Assembly (NCBI GenBank): GCA_964019335.1
Contig: OZ025741.1
Coordinates: forward strand, 186,001 to 250,000
Length of the DNA stretch: 64,000 nt
Direction: 5' to 3'
Source of the DNA: Diplonema japonicum
Lineage: Eukaryota > Protista > Euglenozoa: Diplonemea
In this document: positions 10,879 to 22,826 of the stretch, one piece after another
How positions within the stretch are numbered: the stretch's first letter is position 1
Layout of the letters: each line of letters opens with the position of its first letter
Translations under genes and position numbers: made by a program
The notes under the pieces: model-generated
What the model saw: the letters and a program-made list of their open reading frames with translations, nothing else
What the model was told of the DNA's origin: nothing
Databases searched by the model: none

Positions 10879-11993
10879 GTTTCCCCACTTCTCCCTCCTT
10901 AGATGATTTCTTTATTTCAGGCGTCCTGCCACATACCGCAGGTACCACTTAAATGTCTCTTTTTTATTTTTATTTTTTTTTTTCCCTTTTCTTTTTTTTA
11001 TTTTTTATTTTCCTTTTTTTTTTTTTTTTTAAAGGGTGAACCCACCTATCATTATTGTGATTATTTTTACCGGATTTGTACTTAAAATGCTTCGTAAAAA
11101 GTCCCAAATTGGGCAAAAAATTCGGGGGGGAAAGGTACATGAATATTTACAGTACAAAAAAAAAAAAAAAAAGATCTGAACTAAATAAGTACAAATCTGG
11201 TATATAAAAAAAAAAAAGATTTTTTTTGTGTTAATTTTAGTGCCCACGGGTAACCGAGGGGTTTTTATCACCAAAGGGGATTTTAATTACAATCGGGTTT
11301 TTAATTGACGTCAATCAGGAGGGAGCATGCAACCATACTTATGACCTTACTGGTTAACGCCAGATCTCTGGTTAATAGAAATAGAGGGGGGAGGGTGGGG
11401 GCAAGATTTTTCTTTTAAGCATGAAAGGGATGAGTAGTTGAAAAGTCCTGTCGCATGTTACAGAGGTAAATGCAGTTACAGGTTGAAAAAAAAAAAAAGG
11501 AATTTAAAAAGATCTTTATCTCACAACAGCAATGATTTTTTTTTTCTCAGGCTTCCCCCCCCTCTCTTTTTTTTTCTCTTTTTTTTTTTCTCTTCACTCG
11601 AGTAACACAATTTCATTATTCGCTGTGAAATTAAAATAACTCCCTTTGTGCGGGGGAAAAAAAAAAGAAAAAAAAAAAACTATTCTTTTTAAGGCCTTTT
11701 TGTGCTCACCTGCGGGTCGCCCTGCGTGGTCGAAAAAAAAGAAAGAAAGAAAGAACTTCTGTAGACACAATTTGACACCCCAATCCTTAAGGTGTGTCGT
11801 GGCTCTTGACCCGTGTTTCAAGACGGGTAGTGCAAGGTCGCCATGTCTGGTGCCTACTCAAAGAGAGCTAAACAACAAACAAACTAGAACGGTCAAAAAA
11901 TCAATTTTTTTTTTTGTTTTACAGTTGGTGAAAATAAAAAAAAAAAAAAAAAATGCGAGCGAAAAAGAACTGAAATTCTGTAAGAAGAATAAG

Positions 11994-12039
<46 letters not shown>

Positions 12040-12110
12040 CCCTCCCCATAATTAACAATATTACATTGTTAACACAATAATTGACTACCGTTTTTTTTTT
12101 TTTTTTTTTT

Positions 12111-12636
12111 TTTATTTCACTCTTCGTCATTTTCTTCACTCACTAGGGGCCTCATAATTTAACGCGAAATCGCCATAATTTAACTAGTTAAATTATGAGA
12201 TTTCCGAGTTAAATTATGAGACTTTGGAGTTAAATTATGGGGCTTCAGAGTGAAAAAATGGGTCTTGTCGTGGAAAAAAATGTACCCAACCCCTTGAAAA
12301 ATCTTTTTGGGGTGGGGGTATTTTGACTATTTTTGGCCATCTGAGGCCATTCCAGCCCTTAAAAGTGGGAATAAGTGCCTTACTTCCCCTTTAAATGCCA
12401 CGGCGAAATAGCAACCCCATATTACCTTAGGAAAATCCCCAAAAAGGCTGACCTGCGTGAAAAAAAACAGCAGTGAAAGCAGTGAAGAGTGAGTGACTCA
12501 AATGACGAAGAGTGAAATAAAACGACTTACTTGCCGCCAAATGAGCCATTATTTAACACTCGTTACCCGTTTTTTTGCAAAAAAAATTCGGGAACTCGAG
12601 TTAAATAATGACTCATAATTTGTTGGCAATAAATAG
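12111..12636 (+). mobile_element. Non-autonomous element family C (asymmetric inverted repeat + long 3' hairpin; Helentron/HINE-like architecture)
   Basis: Perfect 22-bp IR 12111-12132 / 12500-12521; ~110-nt imperfect hairpin 12523-12636; internal ~20-bp gttaaattatg repeats; T-run flanks; second copy at 18209-18456. Confidence 0.75.
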
Positions 12637-12870
12637 TTATTTTTTTTTTTTTTGAAATTTCCAAGACTACGCACCACTTGGCGATTTTTTCTTTCTCTTG
12701 TCTTCAGGAGAGGGGGGGGGGGGGGAGAGAGAGCTCGTCTGGAGCGCGGTTAACCAACAAGTTGCCACTGCTCTTTTTAGCAAAGACAATAGTTGTTAAA
12801 GCAAACAAAAAAAAACCCCCCCAACATGATAAAATAGTAAGCAGAAGAAGCAAAGAAAGAAATAGTGCTG

Positions 12871-12914
<44 letters not shown>

Positions 12915-14175
12915 GCCCTTTAATTCATTATCTTCCTGTCCAGGGTTCGGAAAAAAAAAAGATTTGAAATTAGGAAATAGGCCTCGACCTAATCCACCTA
13001 ATTTTCATTTTTTTTTTTTTTTTTTTTTTAAAAAGCCGAAGCAGCTTTTTTCCGAACAACCTGTCCTGTCCCAAGGGCCCTTGAATCAAAAGAAAAGGAA
13101 AAGTAAGAACTCTAACATCCTTCGGCCTCGTGAATCTTTTGTTTTTTTAATATATTTTCACTGCACCAATAAAAAAAAAACTTTCATTATTTCGTTAATA
13201 AAAGGCTATTTTTTTGTTTGCCCCTTGAAAAAAATAGGGGAGGGAGGGGGGGGGGGGGGGGCTATAAGGAAAGGACTGAAGTGAGAGATGCAGTAGGTAG
13301 CTGGAGGCTGTTGGTGAGAAGTGCAACTGTTGGACATTTTTTTTTTGAGAGTGAGCAGAATGAGGGAGTGGGAATGGAGTTTTTTTTTTTTTTTTTTAAA
13401 GGTGTCTCCAGCACAAGCCCACCTAATCTGGTTTAGGAGAGTGAGGGGGAAGGGGGAAGGGGGAAGGGAGAAGGTAAAAAAAAAAAAACTTTTTTTTCTT
13501 CATTCGCAACATTACCTTTTTTTTTTATAAAGGACCAACCTCCAGAAATCGAACAAAAAAAAAAAAGAGAGAGAGAGGGAGCGGAAGGGGAAGAACAGAA
13601 GACCTTAGTTCATGTGAAATGTGACAGCTGTTCTTTTACCCTTCTTCTTTCATCACCCCCCCCCCCCCCCCCCCCTCCACGGGCGAATTTTAGTTATTTA
13701 TTTCGAGCAAAAAAGAAAGAAAAAAAAAGAAAATCAATTCACATCGAAACTGTTGAAGCACGTGCACCGGGGTAGGGGGGTAGGAAAAAGCTGAAAAACC
13801 TTTTCCGGTAAAAAAAAAAAAATAATAATAAGAAAAAAAAAAGAGCTGTATGCTAACTTAGTTCGGAAGGGGAGAAGAGGAACGGGTACGTTTCACTGCT
13901 ACGAGAAAAAAAAAGGGGGGGGGGGAGAAAGTATTTTTAGAGATCCAATTTCTAGCATCACTTTAAAGATTTCTTGGTGCACAATTTGGTGTCCTAGGGC
14001 GAGCACATCGTCTTCATAGAAAGAAGAAACCTAACACAGATAACGTTCCTTTGAAGGGATTTTTAAAGATAGATTTTTAAATATATTATTTTTTAAATTG
14101 GTCTCTAAATGCTTTTTCCAAAAAAAAAAAAAAAAAAAAAAAAGAACTTGCGCCTATGAAAAAAAAAAAAAAAAA

Positions 14176-14438
14176 CTCGATGATTTAAAGGAAGCCGTTC
14201 GAGTTGTAGCTTCTTCTGCGTTCCGCGTCGTGTCCTTAATGCTTGCGGTGTGCAGCTCAACCCCAGCCGGGGCGCCCCGGGTAACCAAGATTCTGAGCCC
14301 GTGTAGTTTGCTGCCTGTTCGCCACCCAGAGCATCTGCTTCTTCCACTTGGGCGCTACCGGTTATGACCGACGGGGAGGTCAACAGCGAACAACACATCT
14401 GATGTACTTCTTTATATTTCCATGTTATCCCCACCACC
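14176..14438 (-). mobile_element. Short retroposon family A, copy 2 (internal deletion), ribozyme at ~14310-14438
   Basis: Near-identical to copy 1 with one P1 mismatch (CAUAACC). Candidate TSD TGAAAAAA (14157-14164 / 14439-14446) plus 11 extra A, which is a T-tail on the element strand. Confidence 0.85.
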
Positions 14439-14735
14439 TGAAAAAACCTTTGTTTTTCCTCTTTTTTTTTTATTATAAGATCTCCCATATCTGGCACTCT
14501 CTCGTTTTTTTTTTTTTTTTTTTTGTGTGTGTTAAACTAGCCCACAAGGACAAAAAAAAAAAAAAAAAAACCGAAGAGACATAACTGATAGGAATAGAGG
14601 TTAAAGGTTCTCTTTGGAAATTAAAGGTACAGAGGAGAATATATATATTTTTTTATTCCTCAACCCTTTTTTCTTTTTTTTTTTTGTTATAGTTGTTTCA
14701 TTAAGTAAGATACAGCTATTTTTAAACTTTCTGTG

Positions 14736-14782
<47 letters not shown>

Positions 14783-14783
<1 letters not shown>

Positions 14784-14816
14784 GATAAAGGTTTCAGTGA
14801 GCAGGGGTGCTCACTG
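14783..14816 (-). repeat. Remnant of a LINE 3' end (perfect 9-bp hairpin + ATCG terminus)
   Basis: cgataaaggtttcagtgagcaggggtgctcactg follows a long A-run and resembles the LINE 3' UTR. Confidence 0.55.
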
Positions 14817-15772
14817 TAAAAGCAAAAAGGAAAAAAAAGGGGAAAAAAAACAATTAAAAAGAACAAAAAGTGTGTGGGGGAAACAATGAAGGGGAAAAAA
14901 AAAAAGAAACTTCAAACCCAATTCTCCGACAGTTTGTTTTGTTCCCGCTCATCCCCCCCCCCCCCCCCTTTACCGATTCTTTCTTTTTTCCCCCCTGCTT
15001 GGAACAAAAACCACTGGCAAACAGCTACATCGCGACAAAAATAACCCCCCCCCCCATTTCTTTTGGGTACTGAAATAGTAACTACTTTTTTTTTCCTGTT
15101 TCGCCTTTTGGAATAACAATAATAAAAAAAAGAACAAAAAGAGAGAGGAAAAAAAGAAAAGAAGAAAGGAAAAAAAAAAAACAATATTTATTAGAAAATA
15201 AGGAGAAAAAAAAATAACGAAGAAGCACAAAAAAAAAAGAAGCAATATAGATGGAAATAATAAAATAAAAAAAAAACAAATTACAAAAAAAAAAAAAAAA
15301 AAAGAAGAAGAAACTAACAGAAATAATGCGGGGTGTGTTGTTGTGAAAAGATTCTCCCCCCTCCCTTTTCTTTTTTTTTTTTGAAAAGTATAAGCATAGG
15401 TAAAGGAGGGCACAAAAACAAACCCTCCTCCTTTCTCCTTTGCTTTCTGTTATGCTGGCGTTTCCCAAGTGAAAACTGCCACCAGCATCGCGTTCACTGC
15501 CTCTTACTACTAACTTGTCCAGTTTTTTTTCGTTTTTTTTTTTCTTTCTTTCTTTCTCCGTGGCTTTTGTTTTTTCACTGCTAACTCCTCAGAAAATAGG
15601 TGGTTTCAGGGGGGGGGAAGAAAAATAATTCTTTATGACTATATGTCTTTGTTGTTCGTTTTTAAAAAGCTGCGAAAGTTTTTTGCTCGGCACAAGTTGC
15701 ATATAGTTATAAAATCATTTTTTGAAAGATAAATATTTGTAACAAAAAAAAAAAAAAAAAAAAAAAGAGAGA

Positions 15773-15950
15773 CTATTTAAGGGCGCGAAGATTCTGAGCC
15801 CGTGCAGTTTGCTGCCTGTTCGTCACCCTGAGCATCTGCAATAACGTTCTTCCACTCGGGCGCTACCGGTGGTGACCGCCGTGGAGGTCAACAGCGAACA
15901 ACACATCTGATGTACTTCTTTATATTTTCCATATCTCTCTTATCCCCACT
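15773..15950 (-). mobile_element. Short retroposon family A, copy 3 (diverged, largely reduced to the ribozyme)
   Basis: Retains P2, P3, L3 (UCCACGGC), P1' (CACCACC), P4 and CGAA. The 5' P1 strand is mutated. Confidence 0.8.
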
Positions 15951-15974
15951 ATTAAAAAAAAATAAAAAATAAAA

Positions 15975-16652
15975 ATAGCTATTTACTGCCAACAAGTAAT
16001 GACTTTACCGTTACCTCGAGGTCGGTAAAGCATTACTTGGCGGTAGGTAAGTGGTTTTATTTCACGACACTCTGAAATTACTTCACCACGAGGGGCACAA
16101 CAGGGTGACAAGGGGTACAACAAGAGGGGGTTACAAAGTTACAATACAAGTTGTTTTCCCTCCTTTTGTTGACTAAGAGCTGCCGCTGTCGCTGGCATTG
16201 CCACTGTCACCATCTCTAATCAGGCCTTCCCATACCTGGCGCGGCCGCTGGCTCCTTTTTTTCTGCTGCTTCGGTATTTTGAAGTCATTTGGGGAGCTTG
16301 GGTAAGCTGACTAAGTTACCCTTACCCACAGAAGAGTTACCCCCAGAAACTGGGAACAAGGCCTAGCCAAAAGTGGGCAAATTGGGAGGAAAAAGTAGTC
16401 CAACTTGGAACTGAGCCGAGGCAAAAGTTGGCCAATTGAGCTGAACCTGGGGGGAAATAGCAAACTGAGAGGAAAAAGTGGCCACACTGGGAACCGAACC
16501 GAGGCAAAAATTGGCCTACCGAGGCATATTATTTAACGGAAACCCCCTATTACTTCACGGAAAACAGGTCATTATTTCACCGTGAAGTAATGAGATTTAG
16601 CGTGAAGTAATGGGCCCCCCAGTGCGTGAAGTAATTTCTGAAGAGTGAATAA
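15975..16652 (-). mobile_element. Non-autonomous element family B, copy 1 (inverted relative to 27103-27786)
   Basis: ~680 bp near-identical inverted copy with an imperfect asymmetric IR, a terminal hairpin (gtaatgactttaccg...cggtaaagcattac) and internal ~39-bp tandem repeats. Confidence 0.85.
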
Positions 16653-18208
16653 TAAAAAAAAAAAAAAAATAAAAAAAATAAAATAAAAAAAAAAAAAAAA
16701 AACCACTTGATTTTTCGCTCTAACTAGGGTCAGATTCTGATCAATCACGAAACTCATGTCAATTCCTAAACACGGTGATTCGGGAGAAAAAAAAATCGAT
16801 TTCCCCCCCCCCCTTTTTTTTCCTGGCCTTCTCTCCCCACAGTCCCTACACCTCGAACAGCTGGTCCTGAAAGGAAAGAGCCATGACAAAAAAAAAAAAA
16901 AAAATTAGAGGGCAAAAAAAAAAATGGAAATTATTACTTGCTTCGATGCGGGATTATTTTTCTCCCCCTATTTATTTTTTTTTTAATCCCTCTTACCATA
17001 TGCTACAGAGAGGAATCATGGGGCAGGGACGCAATCACATTACTTCTAGTCCTTCCATTTTTTTTTTTCTTTTTACTTTTTCCCCCCCAAGCGTAAAGGG
17101 TCCACTGTCTACAAAGAGATACGGGGGTATGTCAGTACGCATTCTATTTCCCTGTTCTTCATTTTCTTTTTTTTTTTTTTTTTTTGAAATGAATAGTAGA
17201 ATAGGAGGAGAATATAATAGGAAAACCATTGTTTATGGTAAAAATCCTAGCTTTTTCTGGAAAAAAAAAAAATCAGATTGTTAACCGTCGTCTGGTACTA
17301 CAAAAAAAAAAAAAAGAAGAAAATCCTAGGTTGCCGGGTTGAATTTTCCCCGATAAAAAAAGAGAAAAGAAAGAAGAGAAGAATGGGGGAGGGGTGATTG
17401 TAAAGTTCAAAATCTTTAGCACTTTTCTTTTTCTTCTTCTTTCCCCCCCCCCCCCTTTCCCACTTGTGTAGAATAATAAAAAAAAATCTTTTTTGGCAAG
17501 TTTCTGGCATTACCCTCCTATCTTTTTTTTTTTTCTTTACAATAATATTTCTTTTTTTTTTTTTTTTTTTTTTACTTGTGTGGGTGTGAATGTGTTGTGG
17601 TTTAATTGAAGGTGCTGTAACGAAGAATCTGGAGAGTCGAGAATAAAAGAAATGAATCATGGTTTCCCCCTTGCCAAAAAAAAAAAAAAAAAAAAAAAAG
17701 AATGAGAAAGCAGTATTCACACGACTGATTTGTGGGAGGTGAGCAATTATTCCTATGAGCCACCCATCATAGTCGCGCTCCCCCCCAAAAAAAAAGAAGA
17801 AGAAAAGGGGATCAAAAAAAAAAAAAAAAAAGCCCTTTTTCCGCAGTACTTTTTCTCTTTTTTTTTTTTTTTTTTCTTGAATTTTCACAACAAAACAACA
17901 ACAAAAAAAAAGGGGGTGCTAGTTTTCAGGGAAATTTAACTTTTTCTATATTTCTACCTGAATGAAACCCCTTCCTTCCCCCTCCCATTTTTTTTTTTTT
18001 TTTTTTTTTCCCCTCTCCCCATATTTATAGCATACGTTTAGCAAACCCTGAAGGGGTTCTAAAAAGAATCCTAGGTGGGGAAAGGGGGTTGCTGGTTGTA
18101 ATTTTTAGTGAAAAACTTCCACTCAGCCTTTTTATGTGCATTTTGGGTGGTATTTTATGGGGGAGTTTTTTTTTTTTTTTTTTTTTTTTTTTCTTTTTTT
18201 TTTTTTTT

Positions 18209-18456
18209 ATATTTCACTCTTCGTGTGGAAAATGTACCCAACCCCTTGAAAAACTTTTTTTGGGGAGGGGAAAATCCCCAAAAAAGCTGGCCACGCGTGA
18301 AAGCAGTGAAAAGTGAGTGACTCAAATGACGAAGAGTGAAATAAAACGAACTTACTTGCCGCCAAATGAGCCATTTATTTAGCACTCGTTACCGTTTTCT
18401 TTTAAATTCGGGAACTCGAGTTAAATAATGACGCAGCATTTGTTGGCAATAAATAG
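18209..18456 (+). mobile_element. Family C, copy 2 (internally deleted)
   Basis: Same 5' atttcactcttcgt, same subterminal IR and same 3' hairpin ending ttgttggcaataaatag. Confidence 0.8.
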
Positions 18457-19264
18457 CTTTTTTTTTTTTTCTTTTTTTCTTTTTTAAAAGTTGTCAACAA
18501 TAGGATCGTTAAGAAAAGAAAATAAAAGAAAGGAACAATAATAGGGGAGGTATAAAATAAAAGGGAGAAGGGAAAAAGGGGGAGTTCAGTAGTTTTTTTA
18601 GCGCTTCGGCTGCAAGATTGCGGACTAAATAAATTTGCGCACCCCCCCCCCCCCCCCTTGATAAGAAAAAGAAACCCCAGTGGCTGGTAACGGCTCTCTT
18701 AGAATAAGGGGGAAGAATAAAAAAAATAACGTTCCATATCTCAAGATGTTCGTTTAGCACCGGCGGCTGCATCAAAACCCAAAAAAAAAAAAAAAAAAAA
18801 AAAAAAAAAGCAGGTTAGAGATATGGTGGCGTGATTTCTTTTTGGTTAAGATTCACAGTCCAGGTCATTGTGTCTACCAGAGGCCCTTTTTATCTTTTTT
18901 TTTTTTTTTTTTTTAAATTCTTCTTTTTCTTTTTTACCCCCTCCTAAGGATTCGACCAAAGAGGTTTGTAGATGCAAAAAAAAAAATAAATAACAAATAA
19001 CAATAAAAAAAAAGGAAAGAGAGAGGGGGGATAAAAAAAATTGAACCGAACCGTAAAGCAGAAAGAAAAAAAAAATAGGACTTATTGGGGGAGAGGTACA
19101 GGGAAAATTGATGCTTTTTTTTTTCCCCCTCCCCCCTCTTTTTGGTTTTTTTAAAAAAAAAATAGTATTAAGCAGGTCTGATATAGAAAGAGAGAGAAAA
19201 AATGTTGGTGTGGAAAAAAAAAAAAGATGTCTTTGAAGGGAACCTGCAGTATGTGACAGGATCG

Positions 19265-19324
<60 letters not shown>

Positions 19325-19892
19325 AGGAACATCTCTTAAGCCTCGTGGCATCAATCGGATCCCGAGTGTCAAACATTGTAAAGGCTTAGCTACTGCCTTC
19401 ACTGTCCGTTGTTACCAAAAAGGACTCACTATACAGGAAACAGAATGAAGAGAGAGAAAAAAAAAAAGAATTTTTAGCAATCGATTTTTGCACCAACAAA
19501 AAAAAAATATAAAAAAAAGGGGGGGGAATTTTTTTTTCTTCTTCTTTTTTTCCCCCCTTCTTTTATGTGATTTAGAAAAGAGAACAAAAAAAAAAGGGGG
19601 CGGCTGAGGAAAGTGGGGGAGTTTGATGGAGAGGCAACATTTTTTCTTTTTTTTTTCCCCCTCCCCTTCTGGTTTCCCCTCTCCCTCCCTTCCCCCGTTT
19701 TATTATTATTATTTTTTTTTGTTTATTTTTTTTTTTGTATTCCTCATTTCCCCTTTTTTTTTTCCTTTTTTTTTTCTTCTCTCTTTTTTTTTTTTTTAAA
19801 AATATTTTTATCTGGTTTAGACATCTTTAGGGGTGGGGGGGGGGGGGTAAAAGCTTCTCTGTGCCCCGTTGTTGCAAAGCTGTTCCTTATGC

Positions 19893-20107
19893 CTATTCGC
19901 ACGTGCCGGGCAAAGACCTGGAGAGGTCCATAAACCCAAAACCACGTTGCCTAACACCCCCCTTTTGTTTAGACAAGTCAAAGACTCGGTAAAAGAGGAA
20001 CTGGCCGTTGTTTGTACGTGCCGGGTAAAACCTGGAGAAGTTTGTCAACCCGAAACACGTTGCCAACGTTCCCCTTTTGTTTAGACAAGTCAAAGACTCG
20101 TTCTTGC
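19893..20107. repeat. Family D repeat, two tandem units (other copies 7776-7828, 26665-26707, 52186-52273, diverged 53490-53585)
   Basis: Shared end ccccttttgtttagacaagtcaaagactcgttcttgc; internal IR aaaagaggaac...gttcccctttt; small hairpin acaagtc-aaa-gactcgt. Confidence 0.8.
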
Positions 20108-20250
20108 AAAAAAAAAATGAAATGGAGTCCCAAGAAAGACCTGAAAGTTGATGAAACTGAAAAACAGCTTTTTTTTAAAAATAAAAAGACAGAAGCTTGT
20201 AAATTTTGGAGGGGTTTTTTTTTTTAAGAAACCTTTTTTTTTTCTTTATT

Positions 20251-21329
20251 CATAGTATCCAGGGTTAACCGATCACCCGCGGGTTTTTAATTACAATCGG
20301 GTTTTAAATTGACGTCAAATGAAAGGCGAGCATGCAACCATGCTTAAAACCCTTATATTCGTATCCCGGCCCCCCCAGATACACAAAGCCGACCCCAGGG
20401 AGCATCGAAACGACTTAGAAAAGAATTATTTTCCCGAAAAGCTGTTTTTTCGCTTTTTTTTTGGCGGGTTTTTAATTAAAAGCGAAAAAACAAAAAAAAA
20501 TCGAATCAAAAGTTAAAACAGGAGGAGAGCCCCCGGCCCCCCCAGATACACAAAGCCGACCCCAGGGAGCATCAAAATGACATAGAAAAGGATTATTTTC
20601 CCGAAAAGCTGGTGCTTCCCTGTTTCAGGCAGGGTCCTAATTGGGAGCGAAATCAAAAGTCAATAATTAAAACGGGAGGAGAGCATGCAACCATGCATAT
20701 AATAACTCTTCTTTTCGTCCCCCGGCCCCCCCAGATACACAAAGCCGACCCCAGGGAGCATCAAAACGACTTAGAGAAGGATTATTTTCCCGAAAAGCTG
20801 GGTTTTCCCTTTTTTTTTGGCGGGTTTTCTTCTTTTTTCTGTTTAAATAGGAGCGAAATCAAAAATCAATAATTAGAACGGGAGGAGAGCGTGCAACCAT
20901 ACTTATAACCCTTCTATTCGTCTCCCGGACCTCCCAGATACACAAAGCCTGCATCGAAACGACTTAGAAAAGGATTATTTTCCCCAAAAATCGGGATGTT
21001 CACCCACAGAGAACTGAATGCACGCACACAGCGATGAACGCCCAATTTCTTACCTCCCTGCTTGCAACCCGGCGTGCCTGAGAACGTGGTGCCTGTCACG
21101 AAGACAGAGCACCGCTGATGTCCTGGTTCGGGTACAAGAACAACAGCTGCCTTCGTACGTCTGGTGAGAGGCGGACGCGACGCATCTCTCCGAACTTGGC
21201 GTCGATCGAGGCAAACCGATCCGAAATTACAAAAAAAACCCATCATTAACCCGACAGTGATCGAAAATCTAAAATTGCTCGGGTCGGGTTTTAAAACCCG
21301 AAGGTGATCGGTTAACCCTGGATACTATG
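20251..21329. mobile_element. Non-autonomous TIR DNA transposon (CATAG termini, 27-bp perfect TIR, 6-bp TSD)
   Basis: catagtatccagggttaaccgatcacc and its reverse complement at the ends; TTTATT on both sides; four internal tandem units; related fragment at ~11245-11345. Confidence 0.9.
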
Positions 21330-21935
21330 TTTATTGCAAAATAAATAAAGTAAAAAAAAGTGGATACTAACTTGACCCTATGAGTGGGAAAGCGACTTTG
21401 AGTAAAAAATTACAGCATTTAAAGAAAGAAGGACGCCCACCTTATCCTCTCAGCGCTCTTGGGAAGGAGGCCTACTCGAGCATTTAAGAATCTAAGGGGA
21501 TCGAAGTTTTAGTCCCCCCCCCCCCCCCCCAAGACTTGGGGTATTATAACACGATAATTTAAAAAACCTTAATAGGCCTTGGGTAATTCCTCAAAGAGGG
21601 GTTGAGCATGTCCCCGAACTTAGGGGTCAAGTTAGCAGTTTTCTCAAAAAAAAAAAAAAAAAAAAACAGAAAAAAATAGGCCATTATGGGAAATACTGGT
21701 GTTCCTTCTGATGGTGAAAGGTGAAATAAGAAAGAAAAAAAAAATAAGGAAAAAAAAAAAAAAAAAAGAGAATAAAAAAAAATAATAAAAAAAATAAAAA
21801 AAGGAAAAGAGAAAGGAAAGAGAGAGGACCTCAACCCATATATCTCTTTCTCCTTTTTTTTTTTTTTTTCTCTTTTTATTTCCTGGTTTAAAAAATTGAT
21901 TCATAAACCTGTTTACTTTGTGCCGGGCAAAAGTG

Positions 21936-21975
<40 letters not shown>

Positions 21976-21988
21976 TTTAAATGGATAC

Positions 21989-22214
21989 CACTGACTACTC
22001 GGGCGAATGACGAAGACACAGGGAACCACATTACTTTCCTTTCCCCTCTCTCCCGAAGTAAATTACTGTGTACTGTAACCTTCATAGGCACTTGCGCTAA
22101 TGTGCAAAAGCCAAACTCCACCTGCAGCATCACCGCAGGACCAAAAATAAATAAATAAATAAAAGAGGAGGGAGAGAGGGAAGGATTCACGATGGCAGGA
22201 GAGAAGTAACTCAT
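21989..22214 (-). CDS. Putative first three micro-exons of an unknown gene (22214-22191, 22121-22080, 22038-21989); probably continues leftward
   Basis: ATG and two in-phase GT-AG introns (69 and 41 nt) give MSYFSPAI-VEFGFCTLAQVPMK-ESNVVPCVFVIRPSSQ. No homology recognised. Confidence 0.45.
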
Positions 22215-22519
22215 CTTTCCTCTTTTTCCTCTTTTTTTTTTCGTTTCACCCCTTTTATGGGCAGTGTCTGCTCACCACCGAAAAAAAAAAACGAAAACGA
22301 TAAAAAAAAAAAAAACGAAAACGATAAAGGAAATTACTATTGGACCAAGGAACAAAAAAAAGAGGGGAGGGAGGGGGGGGTATAGGGAACAAAAAAAAAA
22401 AAAAAAAAAAAAAAAAAACGAAAAATAAGGATACAATATTTCTTTTTTTTTTTTTTCGTTCTTTTTTTTTTTTTTGGTTTTTCCCTTCTGTTTCTTTGTT
22501 TATTGTTTGCGGTTTTCTC

Positions 22520-22550
<31 letters not shown>

Positions 22551-22782
22551 TGCATAAAAAATAAAAAAAGGAGCAGATTTAAAAAGTATTAACTTGGTAG
22601 GGATCAGGGGGAAAAAAAAAACCCCCTTTTGAGGGCAGTTTTTCGTTTTTCTTTTTTTTTTCTAAAACATTCTTACTATTATGCGAAAAACTTCAAAAAA
22701 AAAAAAAAAAGGTTGGGATACCCGCACGGCACCCTGGTCTCCCTACGCCAATTTTTTTTTTTCCTCCATCATTCTCTATATT

Positions 22783-22817
<35 letters not shown>

Positions 22818-22826
22818 GCTAGTGAC

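Noticed and set aside
11811-11828. 18-nt match to the conserved LSU rRNA motif ACCCGTCTTGAAACACGG (minus strand)
   Set aside because: Flanks do not continue as rRNA, and the match lies in an AG/GT-bounded open frame (DLALPVLKHGSR) that looks like an exon. Not called as rRNA.
20320-20990. Regularly spaced repeats superficially like a CRISPR array
   Set aside because: Long degenerate tandem units inside a TIR transposon, with no unique spacers, no cas genes and a eukaryotic context.
7420-22600. Many poly-Lys/poly-Phe ORFs in the ORF track
   Set aside because: Artefacts of A/T homopolymer tracts that lack stop codons.
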